Source: an uncultured Chthonomonadaceae bacterium (GTDB lineage Bacteria > Armatimonadota > Chthonomonadetes > Chthonomonadales > Chthonomonadaceae). From it: DNA of 64,000 nt. Each line of letters starts with the position of its first letter. Within the stretch, counting starts at the first letter, position 1. Location: assembly GCA_963817895.1 (NCBI GenBank), contig CAWFQB010000002.1, positions 544,001-608,000 of the forward strand, written 5' to 3'. A model generated the notes under the pieces. The model was not told where the DNA came from and did no database searches. It worked only from the letters and a program-made list of their open reading frames with translations. Position numbers and translations under genes: made by a program. Positions 1 through 8,511 of this stretch are shown in pieces.

Positions 1-1061
1 GTGCCATCCGGCTGTACGCGCAGGCTGCCCATGCGTATAATGCGGGCGGCTACCGGCGCGCGAACCGGCGTCAGAACGCCCAGACTGCGCCGCCGAAAAT
101 CAATAGCTTCCAGCAGACCCAGGCCGAGCAATTTGCCGTTGCCCCCTTCCAGTCCCAACAGCAGGTGGCGCAATCGGGGCGCGACGGTCAGCCCGATGCT
201 CTGGGCGCGAAATGTCTGCTGTATCAGGCCAAGTTGGGGCGCGTCCGGGGGAACCGCGTGGCTCACCATCAGGTTCAATTGCCGGTCCGAAGTTTCACCG
301 TAATACACCCGCGTTCGCGGTTCCAGCGTCTGGTTGCAGTATTTCAGCAGGTGGGGCGCGACGGGAACGCCGCTCCCAAGCCACGCGCCGACAAAAGCGA
401 TGTCGTCGAAACTGTAGGTGTACAGTTGGGCGTTCTGAAAATATGCCGCCCAGCGCATGGCGCGGCGCTGAGAACGAAACGCGGGCGGCTTTTTGCCGAT
501 AACGCCTGGAATGGGCAGCGTATGAATACGAACGCCGTCGCGCCTGCGCATGGGCGCGAGAATACCCTCCAATTCGTTCTGTCGCTGCAAAGCCACGACA
601 TGCGCGGGAGAGATCAGGTCGAACTCGGTCTGGTTCAATTTTCGCGCGCCCGAACCGAACAGAAAGCCGCTGGTATCCACAATCAGGGCATGGCCGCTTG
701 CCATGTCCGCCAATCGCCGGACGGCGGCGGCATGTTCCAGCAGATGGCCGGGCGGCGAGGTGCTGCCGACAAACGCCAATGCCTGCGCGGTCAGGTCGGA
801 CAACGCCAGAACAGGCCGGTCGGCAAAAGCAAGCCCCACACAGGCGGGCGGGCCGATTTCCGACTGGCCTAAATCCGCGTCCACAACCGCCACGCGCTGC
901 CCGCCCGCCGTCCAGCGATTGAGCAGCAGGCGCGTAAACGTGGTTTTGCCCACGTCCATGCCGCCCAACAGCAGCACGGTATGAATCTGGCCGGACTGCG
1001 CAATCTCGGCCAGCGCAGCCTCCCATTCCGCGTATTCAGTATCCGGCGTCAGGTTTTCCAT
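1..1061 (-). CDS. Clp1/Grc3-family polynucleotide 5'-hydroxyl kinase (partial, runs off the window edge)
   Basis: Not in the ORF track because no stop lies inside the window. Manual translation from ATG 1061: MENLTPDTEYAEWEAALAEIAQSGQIHTVLLLGGMDVGKTTFTRLL...VVDADLGQSEIGPP...LIVDTSG...RSQRRAMRWAAYF. This gives Walker A, the DxGQ motif, Walker B and the Arg-rich lid. Confidence 0.85.
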   Translation of the reverse strand, partial: MENLTPDTEYAEWEAALAEIAQSGQIHTVLLLGGMDVGKTTFTRLLLNRWTAGGQRVAVVDADLGQSEIGPPACVGLAFADRPVLALSDLTAQALAFVGSTSPPGHLLEHAAAVRRLADMASGHALIVDTSGFLFGSGARKLNQTEFDLISPAHVVALQRQNELEGILAPMRRRDGVRIHTLPIPGVIGKKPPAFRSQRRAMRWAAYFQNAQLYTYSFDDIAFVGAWLGSGVPVAPHLLKYCNQTLEPRTRVYYGETSDRQLNLMVSHAVPPDAPQLGLIQQTFRAQSIGLTVAPRLRHLLLGLEGGNGKLLGLGLLEAIDFRRRSLGVLTPVRAPVAARIIRMGSLRVQPDG

Positions 1062-1082
1062 TGAAAATTCAACACAGCGTTC

Positions 1083-1151
1083 GTAGGGACACAACTTGTT
1101 GTGTCCGCGCTCCCGTTTACCCGAAGAGGACACAACAAGTTGTGTCCCTAC
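1083..1151. repeat. GTAG-family REP doublet (REPIN-like)
   Basis: GTAGGGACACAACTTGTTGTGTCC (1083-1106) and its exact reverse complement (1128-1151); each unit is GTAG plus an internal palindrome. Confidence 0.8.
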
Positions 1152-1181
1152 AAGGTTGGTTTTGATTCTACCGTTTCCAGT

Positions 1182-1973
1182 TCAGTTGTGACTGCTTTTG
1201 GATTGATCCTGCTTCTGCTGAACCTGCTGCAAGATGGCGGCAACGTCTGCTGTGCCACTTAATGTAAGACTGCCGGGTTGGGAGCGGATGTTCGCTAACT
1301 GTACGGGAAACGGCAGCACGGACATATTCGCGCCGCCCTCGAACCGCTGTACCAGAAACCGCATGGGAGCGCCGGTCAAAGGAATTCCAATTACGACAAG
1401 GCGTTGCGGGTCTATTTCCAATTTTTGTTTGTCAATGCGGAGCGGACCGGACAGGGAAAAGGGGACGCCCACGCCAAGCGTGACGCGCTCGGCGGCAATG
1501 GTGACAAGATTGCCTGCCCCGAATGTAACGCGCGCCTTTCGGATGCGTTCGCCCTGTGGGGACTCGCCTGCCATGTACTGGTCTACGCTGCGTTCGGAAA
1601 CGGTTGCTTCAAACCGCGCCGATTTCACGTCGCGAACGCGCCTGCGCCCGGTATCATAGCGAACGCCCTCCAGTTCCAGATGCAGATGGTCGAGCAGCAG
1701 GCCGTTGCTCAGTTCCACATCATCGCCGTCAATCAGGACGCGGGACAGATTGCCGCCGATCACGCGCTCCTGCGCCCCCTCCACATGCGCCTGATACGCG
1801 CGGGCGGGACCAAGCAAATCCGGCAGGGCTTCCCGTATGCGGCGCTCGGCGGTACGGTTGATGGCCCGCCCGCACCCCGTTCCCAGGCAGGAAATCAGCA
1901 GGGCAACGCCTAAATAGTGCCACGAACGCGCAACGCCACTCCACATCAAACTATTTTTCATTGGCTTTTTCAT
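1182..1973 (-). CDS. DUF2993/LmeA-like lipoprotein
   Basis: Hydrophobic signal with LGTGC lipobox; beta-rich body ending in GSLTLSGTA. Start codon uncertain. Confidence 0.6.
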   Translation of the reverse strand: MKKPMKNSLMWSGVARSWHYLGVALLISCLGTGCGRAINRTAERRIREALPDLLGPARAYQAHVEGAQERVIGGNLSRVLIDGDDVELSNGLLLDHLHLELEGVRYDTGRRRVRDVKSARFEATVSERSVDQYMAGESPQGERIRKARVTFGAGNLVTIAAERVTLGVGVPFSLSGPLRIDKQKLEIDPQRLVVIGIPLTGAPMRFLVQRFEGGANMSVLPFPVQLANIRSQPGSLTLSGTADVAAILQQVQQKQDQSKSSHN

Positions 1974-2011
1974 AATGGTCAACGTTTTGGCAGGAAGGAC
2001 TCGTCTTCTCA

Positions 2012-2681
2012 ATGAGCGCAACTGTTTCTTCTCGCCTCGCCATTGCCGCGATTGTATCAGGGCAGGGGCGGGGAACCAATGTTCAGGCGCTGCTGGATGC
2101 CTGCGCCAATGGAGAAATTCCCGCCCGGATGGGCGTGGTCATCGCCACCCGAAGCGACGCCCCGGTGCTGGAACGGGCGCCGCGCCATGCAGGTTGCCAC
2201 CGCCGTTGTATCCCCGCGCAAGTATCAGGACGATGAAACGGGCTACGCCCACGCGCTGAACGGCATACTGGCGCGGCGCGACATCAAGCTTATCTGCCTT
2301 GCCGGGTACATGCGCCGCCTGCCTTCGGAAACCGTGACCGCGTATGCCGGTCGCATTATGAACGTACACCCCGCCCTGCTGCCGCTGTTCGGCGGCAGGG
2401 GCATGTACGGCGAACATGTCCATCAGGCCGCGCTGGAAAGCGGCATGAAGATCAGCGGCTGCACAATCCATTTCGTTGATGAACATTATGACACAGGGCC
2501 GATTATTCTGCAAACCGCCGTCCCCATCGAGGATGAGGACACGCCCCAAACGCTGGCCGCGCGAATTTTACCCTGCGAACACCGCGCCTATGTCCATGCC
2601 GTTCGCCTGTTTGCCGAAGGCCGACTTCACATCGAAGGGCGGCGCGTTTTCACGCGCAGGCAGACAGACGCGCCGGAATAG
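2012..2681 (+). CDS. purN: phosphoribosylglycinamide formyltransferase (one apparent frameshift near 2178)
   Basis: VSGQGRGTNVQALL in one frame; LAGYMR, NVHPALLP, GCTIHFVDEHYDTGPII and EH in the next. Confidence 0.92.
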
Positions 2682-2822
2682 CGAACCGTTCGACGTATCA
2701 TTGATTGCTAATCAATAACAGCAGGGAACAATGGCCTCCTGCAACACGAATAACAATTGAACAAGAACGGGCTTCAGCTCGTCTCATGTTCATTGCGGCA
2801 AAATATGAAAGAGTTTTCCCAA

Positions 2823-3668
2823 ATGTCCCGTAACCCGTTTGCGCAAAAAAACGTCGCCACTCCGCCTGCGGATACATCCCTTCCGAAGGATACCGGCATT
2901 TCCAATCTATCTTCCAATCTTCATCCGTTACGGCTTGCTTTCGGGCGCATGCCGTCAAACCGTTTGTGGCTGCGCATCGGCGTCCTGCCCTGCGCGTTGC
3001 TGATCGGCGTGGGCGGCATGGCGAGTCATGCGCGTCAAGCGGCAGGCGAACGGGAAAACCTGCAAGCGCCCCTGCTGACCGGGCAGATCGCCTGCGTGGA
3101 CATGGATCGCCTGTATGCGGCAAGCGGAGGGCCGGAGCAACTGGCGCAGCGGGCGACGGAGATTGCGCAGGAAGTGAACGCGCGCTTGAAAGAGTTGAAG
3201 GCCGTACCCCTGCTGGATGAAAACGAATTGCAGGAGTACGGCGCGTTGCTATTCAAGGCCGTGAAAACGGATGCGGATCAAACCCGGATGAAAGCGTTGC
3301 GCGCGGCTTCCGATCAGCGGCAGGATGAACTCAACAAACTGCAAATCAAGCCGGATGCCACGCTGACGGCGGAAGATAAGGCGCGTATGAAACTGCTGCA
3401 AGAGCAGAGCCGCCTGCTGGCCTCCATCATGCCCTACTGGCAGGAGGATGCCCGCGCGCAGCAGAGTGAGCGTCTGGAAGCGTTTCGCCGGTCACAAATG
3501 GCGAAAATCCGTCAGATTGTGGGCAAAGCGGCCCTGGAACGGAATATCGCGCACGTATTCGATACCTCCGCGCTGGTGTATTCCGCCAACGATCTTACGG
3601 CTGTGGTTTTGTCCCGCGTCAGCAAACACGCGCCCAAAGACAGCAAAGACAAAGACTCGAAAGAGTGA
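2823..3668 (+). CDS. OmpH/Skp-like periplasmic chaperone with long coiled coil
   Basis: Signal-like segment, IACVDMDRL start motif, long helical middle, C-terminal VFD..ALVYSANDLTAVVL. Start uncertain. Confidence 0.7.
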   Translation: MSRNPFAQKNVATPPADTSLPKDTGISNLSSNLHPLRLAFGRMPSNRLWLRIGVLPCALLIGVGGMASHARQAAGERENLQAPLLTGQIACVDMDRLYAASGGPEQLAQRATEIAQEVNARLKELKAVPLLDENELQEYGALLFKAVKTDADQTRMKALRAASDQRQDELNKLQIKPDATLTAEDKARMKLLQEQSRLLASIMPYWQEDARAQQSERLEAFRRSQMAKIRQIVGKAALERNIAHVFDTSALVYSANDLTAVVLSRVSKHAPKDSKDKDSKE

Positions 3669-3749
3669 CGGCGCAAGAGAATAAAACTCGAACTCATCAG
3701 CTGATAAACTGCTTCCCGAAGCGCATGGAAAAGGCAAGAGACTAAGCTT

Positions 3750-5036
3750 ATGACGGCAATATCTTCTGTTTCGCGTGACAGAACCTCCGACATTTTGCGA
3801 TCATGGCAAGCCGAGGCCATCAAACGCTGGAAGCACATAGACCCGGTTGTGCTTGCCGTCAACGGGCCGATATGGAAAGCCATGTCCGGCGTGTTAGCCC
3901 TGCTGAACGCGAGCGCGTATCCCTCTGCGGAACGAACCCTGCCTGCCTCGACGCGATCCGATTCTCTATCTCAAACCTCTTCCGGCTCTGACCACGTTTC
4001 CACTATACCGACAGATGTTGCCGCAAGCGTGTTCGACGCGCAAAGCGAACCGCTTGCCTCCTGCGCCGAGCAGTTGGCGCTGCTGCCTGTGTCGTGGGCG
4101 GACTTGCGTTCCATGCTGCGCACGCTTACCTTCCAGATGCGCTGCGCGGATGGGGGGTGTGACGGTCGGGAAGAGGAGAAGCGCGCGCTGTTTGTGGATG
4201 GCCTGATGGAAGCCCTTTCCGCCCGCGTCGCCGACATTGAGATCGTAAAATTGGAACAGCAGATAGCCTCGCATCAGGAGCAGACGCTTGCCACGCAGCA
4301 CCTTGCGGAACGCTTTCTGGGCAACGCCTCTCATGAATTGCGCACACCGCTGACGGCAATTATGGGATTCGCGGAACTGCTGCTGGAAGAGGTGTACGGC
4401 GAACTGACGCCCCAACAGGCGGAACGGGTCAGCAACATCGAGAATTCGGCGCAAAACCTCAACGAGATTATCAGCAACATGCTCGATCTGCTGCATATCC
4501 GGGCGGGCAAGTTGACGCTGCAATATCGCCCTGTAGATGTCACGGCCATGCTGCAGCATCTGTATGAGATTCTGATGCCCCTTGCCGGACGCAAAAACGT
4601 CAAATTCGATTTAGAAATAGCGGCGGAGTTGGGTACGGTGGAAATGGCCGAAAACATTGTCCGCCATGTCGTGTACCATCTGCTGTCAAGCGCGTTGCGC
4701 GCAACGCCCGCCGGGGGCGAGGTGACTCTCGCCGCAAGGCGCAATGCGCCCTGGCTGATTCTGGAAGCCCGCGACACGGCCCTGCACCTGCCGCCCGAAG
4801 CCGTTGACAACATGCTCAGTCCGTTCCCCCGCCTCGAAAACCTGCCGACGCGCGGCTATGAGGGTTGGGAAGTGGGCCTGCCGCTCGTGCGCCGCTACGT
4901 GGAACTGCACGGCGGCGAACTGCGCCTTGTGAGCCTGCCGGATAAAGGCACGGTTTTCACCGTCCTGTTGCCCCTCACGCGCCCACGAGAGGAAGAAAAG
5001 GAGAAAAGGAGAAAAGGAGAAAAGGAGAGGTATTAA
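3750..5036 (+). CDS. soluble HisKA histidine kinase-like protein with degenerate ATP-binding domain
   Basis: H-box ASHELRTPLTAIMGFAELL and C-terminal LHGGEL..GTVFTVLLP present; N, G1 and G2 boxes altered; no TM helix seen. Confidence 0.85.
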   Translation: MTAISSVSRDRTSDILRSWQAEAIKRWKHIDPVVLAVNGPIWKAMSGVLALLNASAYPSAERTLPASTRSDSLSQTSSGSDHVSTIPTDVAASVFDAQSEPLASCAEQLALLPVSWADLRSMLRTLTFQMRCADGGCDGREEEKRALFVDGLMEALSARVADIEIVKLEQQIASHQEQTLATQHLAERFLGNASHELRTPLTAIMGFAELLLEEVYGELTPQQAERVSNIENSAQNLNEIISNMLDLLHIRAGKLTLQYRPVDVTAMLQHLYEILMPLAGRKNVKFDLEIAAELGTVEMAENIVRHVVYHLLSSALRATPAGGEVTLAARRNAPWLILEARDTALHLPPEAVDNMLSPFPRLENLPTRGYEGWEVGLPLVRRYVELHGGELRLVSLPDKGTVFTVLLPLTRPREEEKEKRRKGEKERY

Positions 5037-5129
5037 GCGCGCAAATCCACGAATAAAGAGTAACATGGGATGTACGCGATATGGTATAGTTTCGTAACTC
5101 TCCTTCTCTCCTTTTCTTTTACAGGGTGG

Positions 5130-6689
5130 TTAATCCAATCCCTGTTCGGCGAGTTCGATGGCGGTGACGAGGGCGCGGGCTTTGTTGACGCACTCCTGAT
5201 ACTCGTTGGCGGGCGTGGAGTCGGCGACCAGCCCGCCCCCCGCTTGCAAATACGCGGTTTGCCCGTCTACCAGCATGGTGCGAATGGTAATTGCCATATC
5301 CATGTCGCCCGAATAGCTGAAATAGCCCACCGAACCCGCATAAAAGCCCCGGCGCGTTGGTTCCTGCTCGTCAATGATTTGCATGGCCCGCACTTTCGGC
5401 GCGCCCGATACGGTTCCCGCCGGAAAACAGGCCCGCATCACATCGAAAGCGTCACTGCCCCCGCGCAAACGCCCCGTGACATTGGAAACAATGTGCATGA
5501 CGTGGGAGTAGCGCTCAATGTTCATCAGTTCGTCTACCTTCACGCTGCCGTACTCGCACACGCGCCCGATGTCGTTGCGTCCCAAATCCACCAGCATAAT
5601 ATGCTCGGCGCGTTCTTTGGCGTCGGCCAGCAGTTCCGTTTCCAGCGCGGTATCTTCGTCGAAGGTTTTACCGCGCGGGCGTGTTCCGGCAATGGGGCGC
5701 ACCCGCACCGTGTCTCGTTCCACCGTGACCAGAATTTCCGGCGACGTGCCGATGATTTTGCGCTTGCCCAAATCCAGATAATACATATAGGGCGACGGAT
5801 TTACCGAACGCAGGGCGCGGTACACGTCAAACGGCGGGGCCGTAAACTCCACCTGAAACCGCTGCGACAGCACCACCTGAAACGCATCCCCCGCCAGAAT
5901 ATACTCCCGGCAACGCTCGACGGCGGCTTCGTACTCCGCGCGGGGAAACAAAGCTAAGGATGAAGGATGAAGGATGAAGGATGAATCCGCTTCTTCTCGT
6001 ATCTCGTATCTCGTATCTTGTATCTCCTCTTCTCCTCTTCTCCTTTTCTCCTTTTCTCCTTTTCTCTCCCCTCGCAGTCGCTCCACCAATTGCTCAATTT
6101 TCGCGCAGGCTTCGTCGTAAGCGGCATCGGGGTCGCCGGTGACGTGGGCGTTGCACAGGACTTGCATGCGATGGCGGACATGATCGAAAATAAGAAGCGT
6201 ATCGGTAAAGAGAAAGCAGGCGTCGTCTACCTGAAGGTCATCGGGGTTGTTGTCGGGCAGGTCTTCAAAAAAGCGTACTACGTCGTAGCCAAAGAAACCA
6301 ACCGCGCCGCCGCAGAAGCGGGGCAGGTTGGGCGATTCGACGTACTGATAGCGGCTGAGAAGTTCCTGCAACAGCGTGAGCGGGTCCTGTCCGGGCAGAA
6401 TTTCAATCGTGTCCGCGTGACCATTCTCTTCAATCGTCGCGCTTCGGCCCTTGCTGCGAAACACAAGGGACGGGTTCGCGCCCAGAAACGAGTAGCGTCC
6501 CAACCGTTCGCCGCCCTCCACGCTTTCCAGCAGAAATGCATAGGCATTGTCGCTTTCGGGACGGTCGGCGGTCAGAGCTTCAAACGCGCTTACGGGTGTC
6601 AGACGGTCGGCCAGTATTTCACGGTACACGGGGATCAGGTTGCCCCGCAACGCGCGACTGCGAAACTCCTCACGGTCAGGAATAATCAT
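5130..6689 (-). CDS. trpE: anthranilate synthase component I
   Basis: LLESVEGGERLGRYSF, NPSPYMY, SPEILV, PIAGTRPRG, EHIMLVDLGRND, FPAGTVSGAPKVRAM. Confidence 0.95.
   Translation of the reverse strand: MIIPDREEFRSRALRGNLIPVYREILADRLTPVSAFEALTADRPESDNAYAFLLESVEGGERLGRYSFLGANPSLVFRSKGRSATIEENGHADTIEILPGQDPLTLLQELLSRYQYVESPNLPRFCGGAVGFFGYDVVRFFEDLPDNNPDDLQVDDACFLFTDTLLIFDHVRHRMQVLCNAHVTGDPDAAYDEACAKIEQLVERLRGERKGEKEKRRRGEEEIQDTRYEIREEADSSFILHPSSLALFPRAEYEAAVERCREYILAGDAFQVVLSQRFQVEFTAPPFDVYRALRSVNPSPYMYYLDLGKRKIIGTSPEILVTVERDTVRVRPIAGTRPRGKTFDEDTALETELLADAKERAEHIMLVDLGRNDIGRVCEYGSVKVDELMNIERYSHVMHIVSNVTGRLRGGSDAFDVMRACFPAGTVSGAPKVRAMQIIDEQEPTRRGFYAGSVGYFSYSGDMDMAITIRTMLVDGQTAYLQAGGGLVADSTPANEYQECVNKARALVTAIELAEQGLD
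5956..6068. repeat. compound tandem repeat inside trpE: (AAGGATG)x4, (TCTCGTA)x4, (TTCTCCTY)x5
   Basis: Read directly from the sequence; translated in frame as GEKEKRRRGEEEIQDTRYEIREEADSSFILHPSS. Confidence 0.9.
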
Positions 6690-6748
6690 AAAGCCTCGGT
6701 AAGTGAACAGGGTTTCAGGGTTCTAAGGTTTCAGGGAAAGAAGTTTCA

Positions 6749-7345
6749 TCAGGCGGATGGCAGTAACGCGCTCACCTGTATAGCGGTTTCAGGCCGGTCG
6801 GCAAGGGAAACGATTGCATCAGCATTATGCGTGGCGCTCTCCGCGTAGCCATCTGACGTGGGCCAACGGTAGACGTAAATCTGGCGTTTCGTAATGTCCA
6901 TCACCCAGTATTCGCGGATGCCGACGCGGGCATACAGCAACGCTTTGGTGGTCATATCGAACTGGCGCGTGGTATCCGATACTTCTACTACAATGAGCAA
7001 GTCTTCCGGGCCGGGATGCCGGTCCCGGTAGGCAGTTGTCGGTTCCAAAGTAACGGCAACATCGGGTTCTGGTTCCGTCGTTTCGCCCTCTTCACCGGGA
7101 ATGGCAATGGGGTCTTCAGTTTGCACATAAAAGTCGCCAAAAATGGCGATAAGCCAATGTAAGAGCAACTTTATCGTAATTCGATGCGGCGGATTCTGGC
7201 CCATTTTGGAAATAATCTCCCCGTCAATCAGTTCGTAGCGTCCAACAAGTTCGCCGCTTTCCACCAGTCGCTCGCATTGTTGGCGCGTCCAGCGTATGCG
7301 ATTGGGAAATATTTCGTTTTCGGGGGCAATCAGCGTACTTGTCAT
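6749..7345 (-). CDS. Uma2 (DUF820) family PD-(D/E)XK endonuclease
   Basis: RYELIDGEII..M...PPH, EPEPDVAV, VVEVSDTT..FD...KALLYARVGIREYWV. Confidence 0.9.
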   Translation of the reverse strand: MTSTLIAPENEIFPNRIRWTRQQCERLVESGELVGRYELIDGEIISKMGQNPPHRITIKLLLHWLIAIFGDFYVQTEDPIAIPGEEGETTEPEPDVAVTLEPTTAYRDRHPGPEDLLIVVEVSDTTRQFDMTTKALLYARVGIREYWVMDITKRQIYVYRWPTSDGYAESATHNADAIVSLADRPETAIQVSALLPSA

Positions 7346-7756
7346 GTCGTTTGTTTCCTAATCAACAGCAGAGGCATCATTCCATATACTCTTTAAAGTC
7401 GTCCAGAGGCGCATCAAAGCGCAGATATGCGAACAGGAGAAGAGTTCTACGGAACGAGCGGGGTTTCCTGCAAGGTTTGAAACGATTCTACGCAGGGCAT
7501 GAGGAGGGGCAGAAGTGTTCAAATCGTGGGAAGAGGGAGAACCCAGAGGCCGGGGCAACGCAGTCGAACAGCGCGGATGTTGGCGCATATTCAGCAAGAC
7601 GGTATACGAAACGGTTCATGTCCATCACGCGGACGTGTGACGGAACGCCCTACAGCAACGAAATCCGTTTCGTTGACGCGGCGTTTTTTACAGGTGTCGG
7701 GTGATTGGCGGAAGGCAGGGTTTACGTTACCGGAGGCGTCGCGGCCCGGTGACGTG

Positions 7757-8353
7757 TTACAGCAGTTGGCTGGCCTTGATGATCTCCTGCGCGGTCACTT
7801 TCATCGTCTGGCACTGGTCGCGGCTGATTTTTTGCATCTGTCGAAAGGCGTCCGCCTCGCTGAGTTGGCGGCGATCCTGAAGAATGCCTTTGGCTTTTTC
7901 CACTATTTTGCGCGTTTCCAGCGCATCTTTGATGTCCGTCGCCTCTTTGATAGCATCCTGCAAGGCGCTAAAGCGCGACATGGCGAGACGAATCGCCGGC
8001 AGCAATTGCTCACTGGTGATGGGCTTGACCAGATACGCGCAGGCTCCGGCATCCAGCGCGTTATCCACGTAGGTATCATCGCTGTACGCCGTCAGCATTA
8101 TAATCGGAACGGGCTGATGCTTCAGGATTTCGCGCGTGGCGGCAATGCCGTCAATCGGACCCGGCATGTTGATGTCCATCAGGATCAAGTCGGGCTTGAG
8201 TTCGTGCGCCATTTCAATGGCTTTGCGGCCCTCGACCGCTTCGCCGACAACATCATAACCGGCGCGAACCAAAGCCTTGCGAATCTGCATGACTGTTACG
8301 CCTTCGTCTTCACAGATAAGCGCGCGTTGAATAGTCGTTGTTTCAGACGTCAT
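7757..8353 (-). CDS. response regulator, receiver plus ANTAR domain (PdtaR/NasT-like)
   Basis: ICEDE, LILMDINMPG, LTAY, YLVKP; C-terminal ETRKIVEKAKGILQ...SEADAFRQMQKISRD. Confidence 0.92.
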   Translation of the reverse strand: MTSETTTIQRALICEDEGVTVMQIRKALVRAGYDVVGEAVEGRKAIEMAHELKPDLILMDINMPGPIDGIAATREILKHQPVPIIMLTAYSDDTYVDNALDAGACAYLVKPITSEQLLPAIRLAMSRFSALQDAIKEATDIKDALETRKIVEKAKGILQDRRQLSEADAFRQMQKISRDQCQTMKVTAQEIIKASQLL

Positions 8354-8511
8354 ACGCCATTCCTTTCGGGAGGATGTGGCCTCGGTAGACCTGCTTAATC
8401 CAGCAGGGGGTTGGGATTGATGATTGCCAGGCTCTTTGCGTAGCCGCTCGGCGTTTGGCAAACAGATAACTACAGAAACAGCGGCAACACGCATTTGCGG
8501 CGCGTGGCTGC

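Noticed and set aside
165..1026. ORF-track frames 165-872 (+) and 295-1026 (-)
   Set aside because: They are shadows of the Clp1-like frame. The same applies to most long antisense ORFs, such as 5070-5957, 36818-38020 and 44975-46225.
6690..7750. trp attenuator or T-box upstream of trpE
   Set aside because: No Trp-rich leader peptide or T-box motif found; Uma2 sits directly upstream. The hairpin near 7656-7675 has no clear role.
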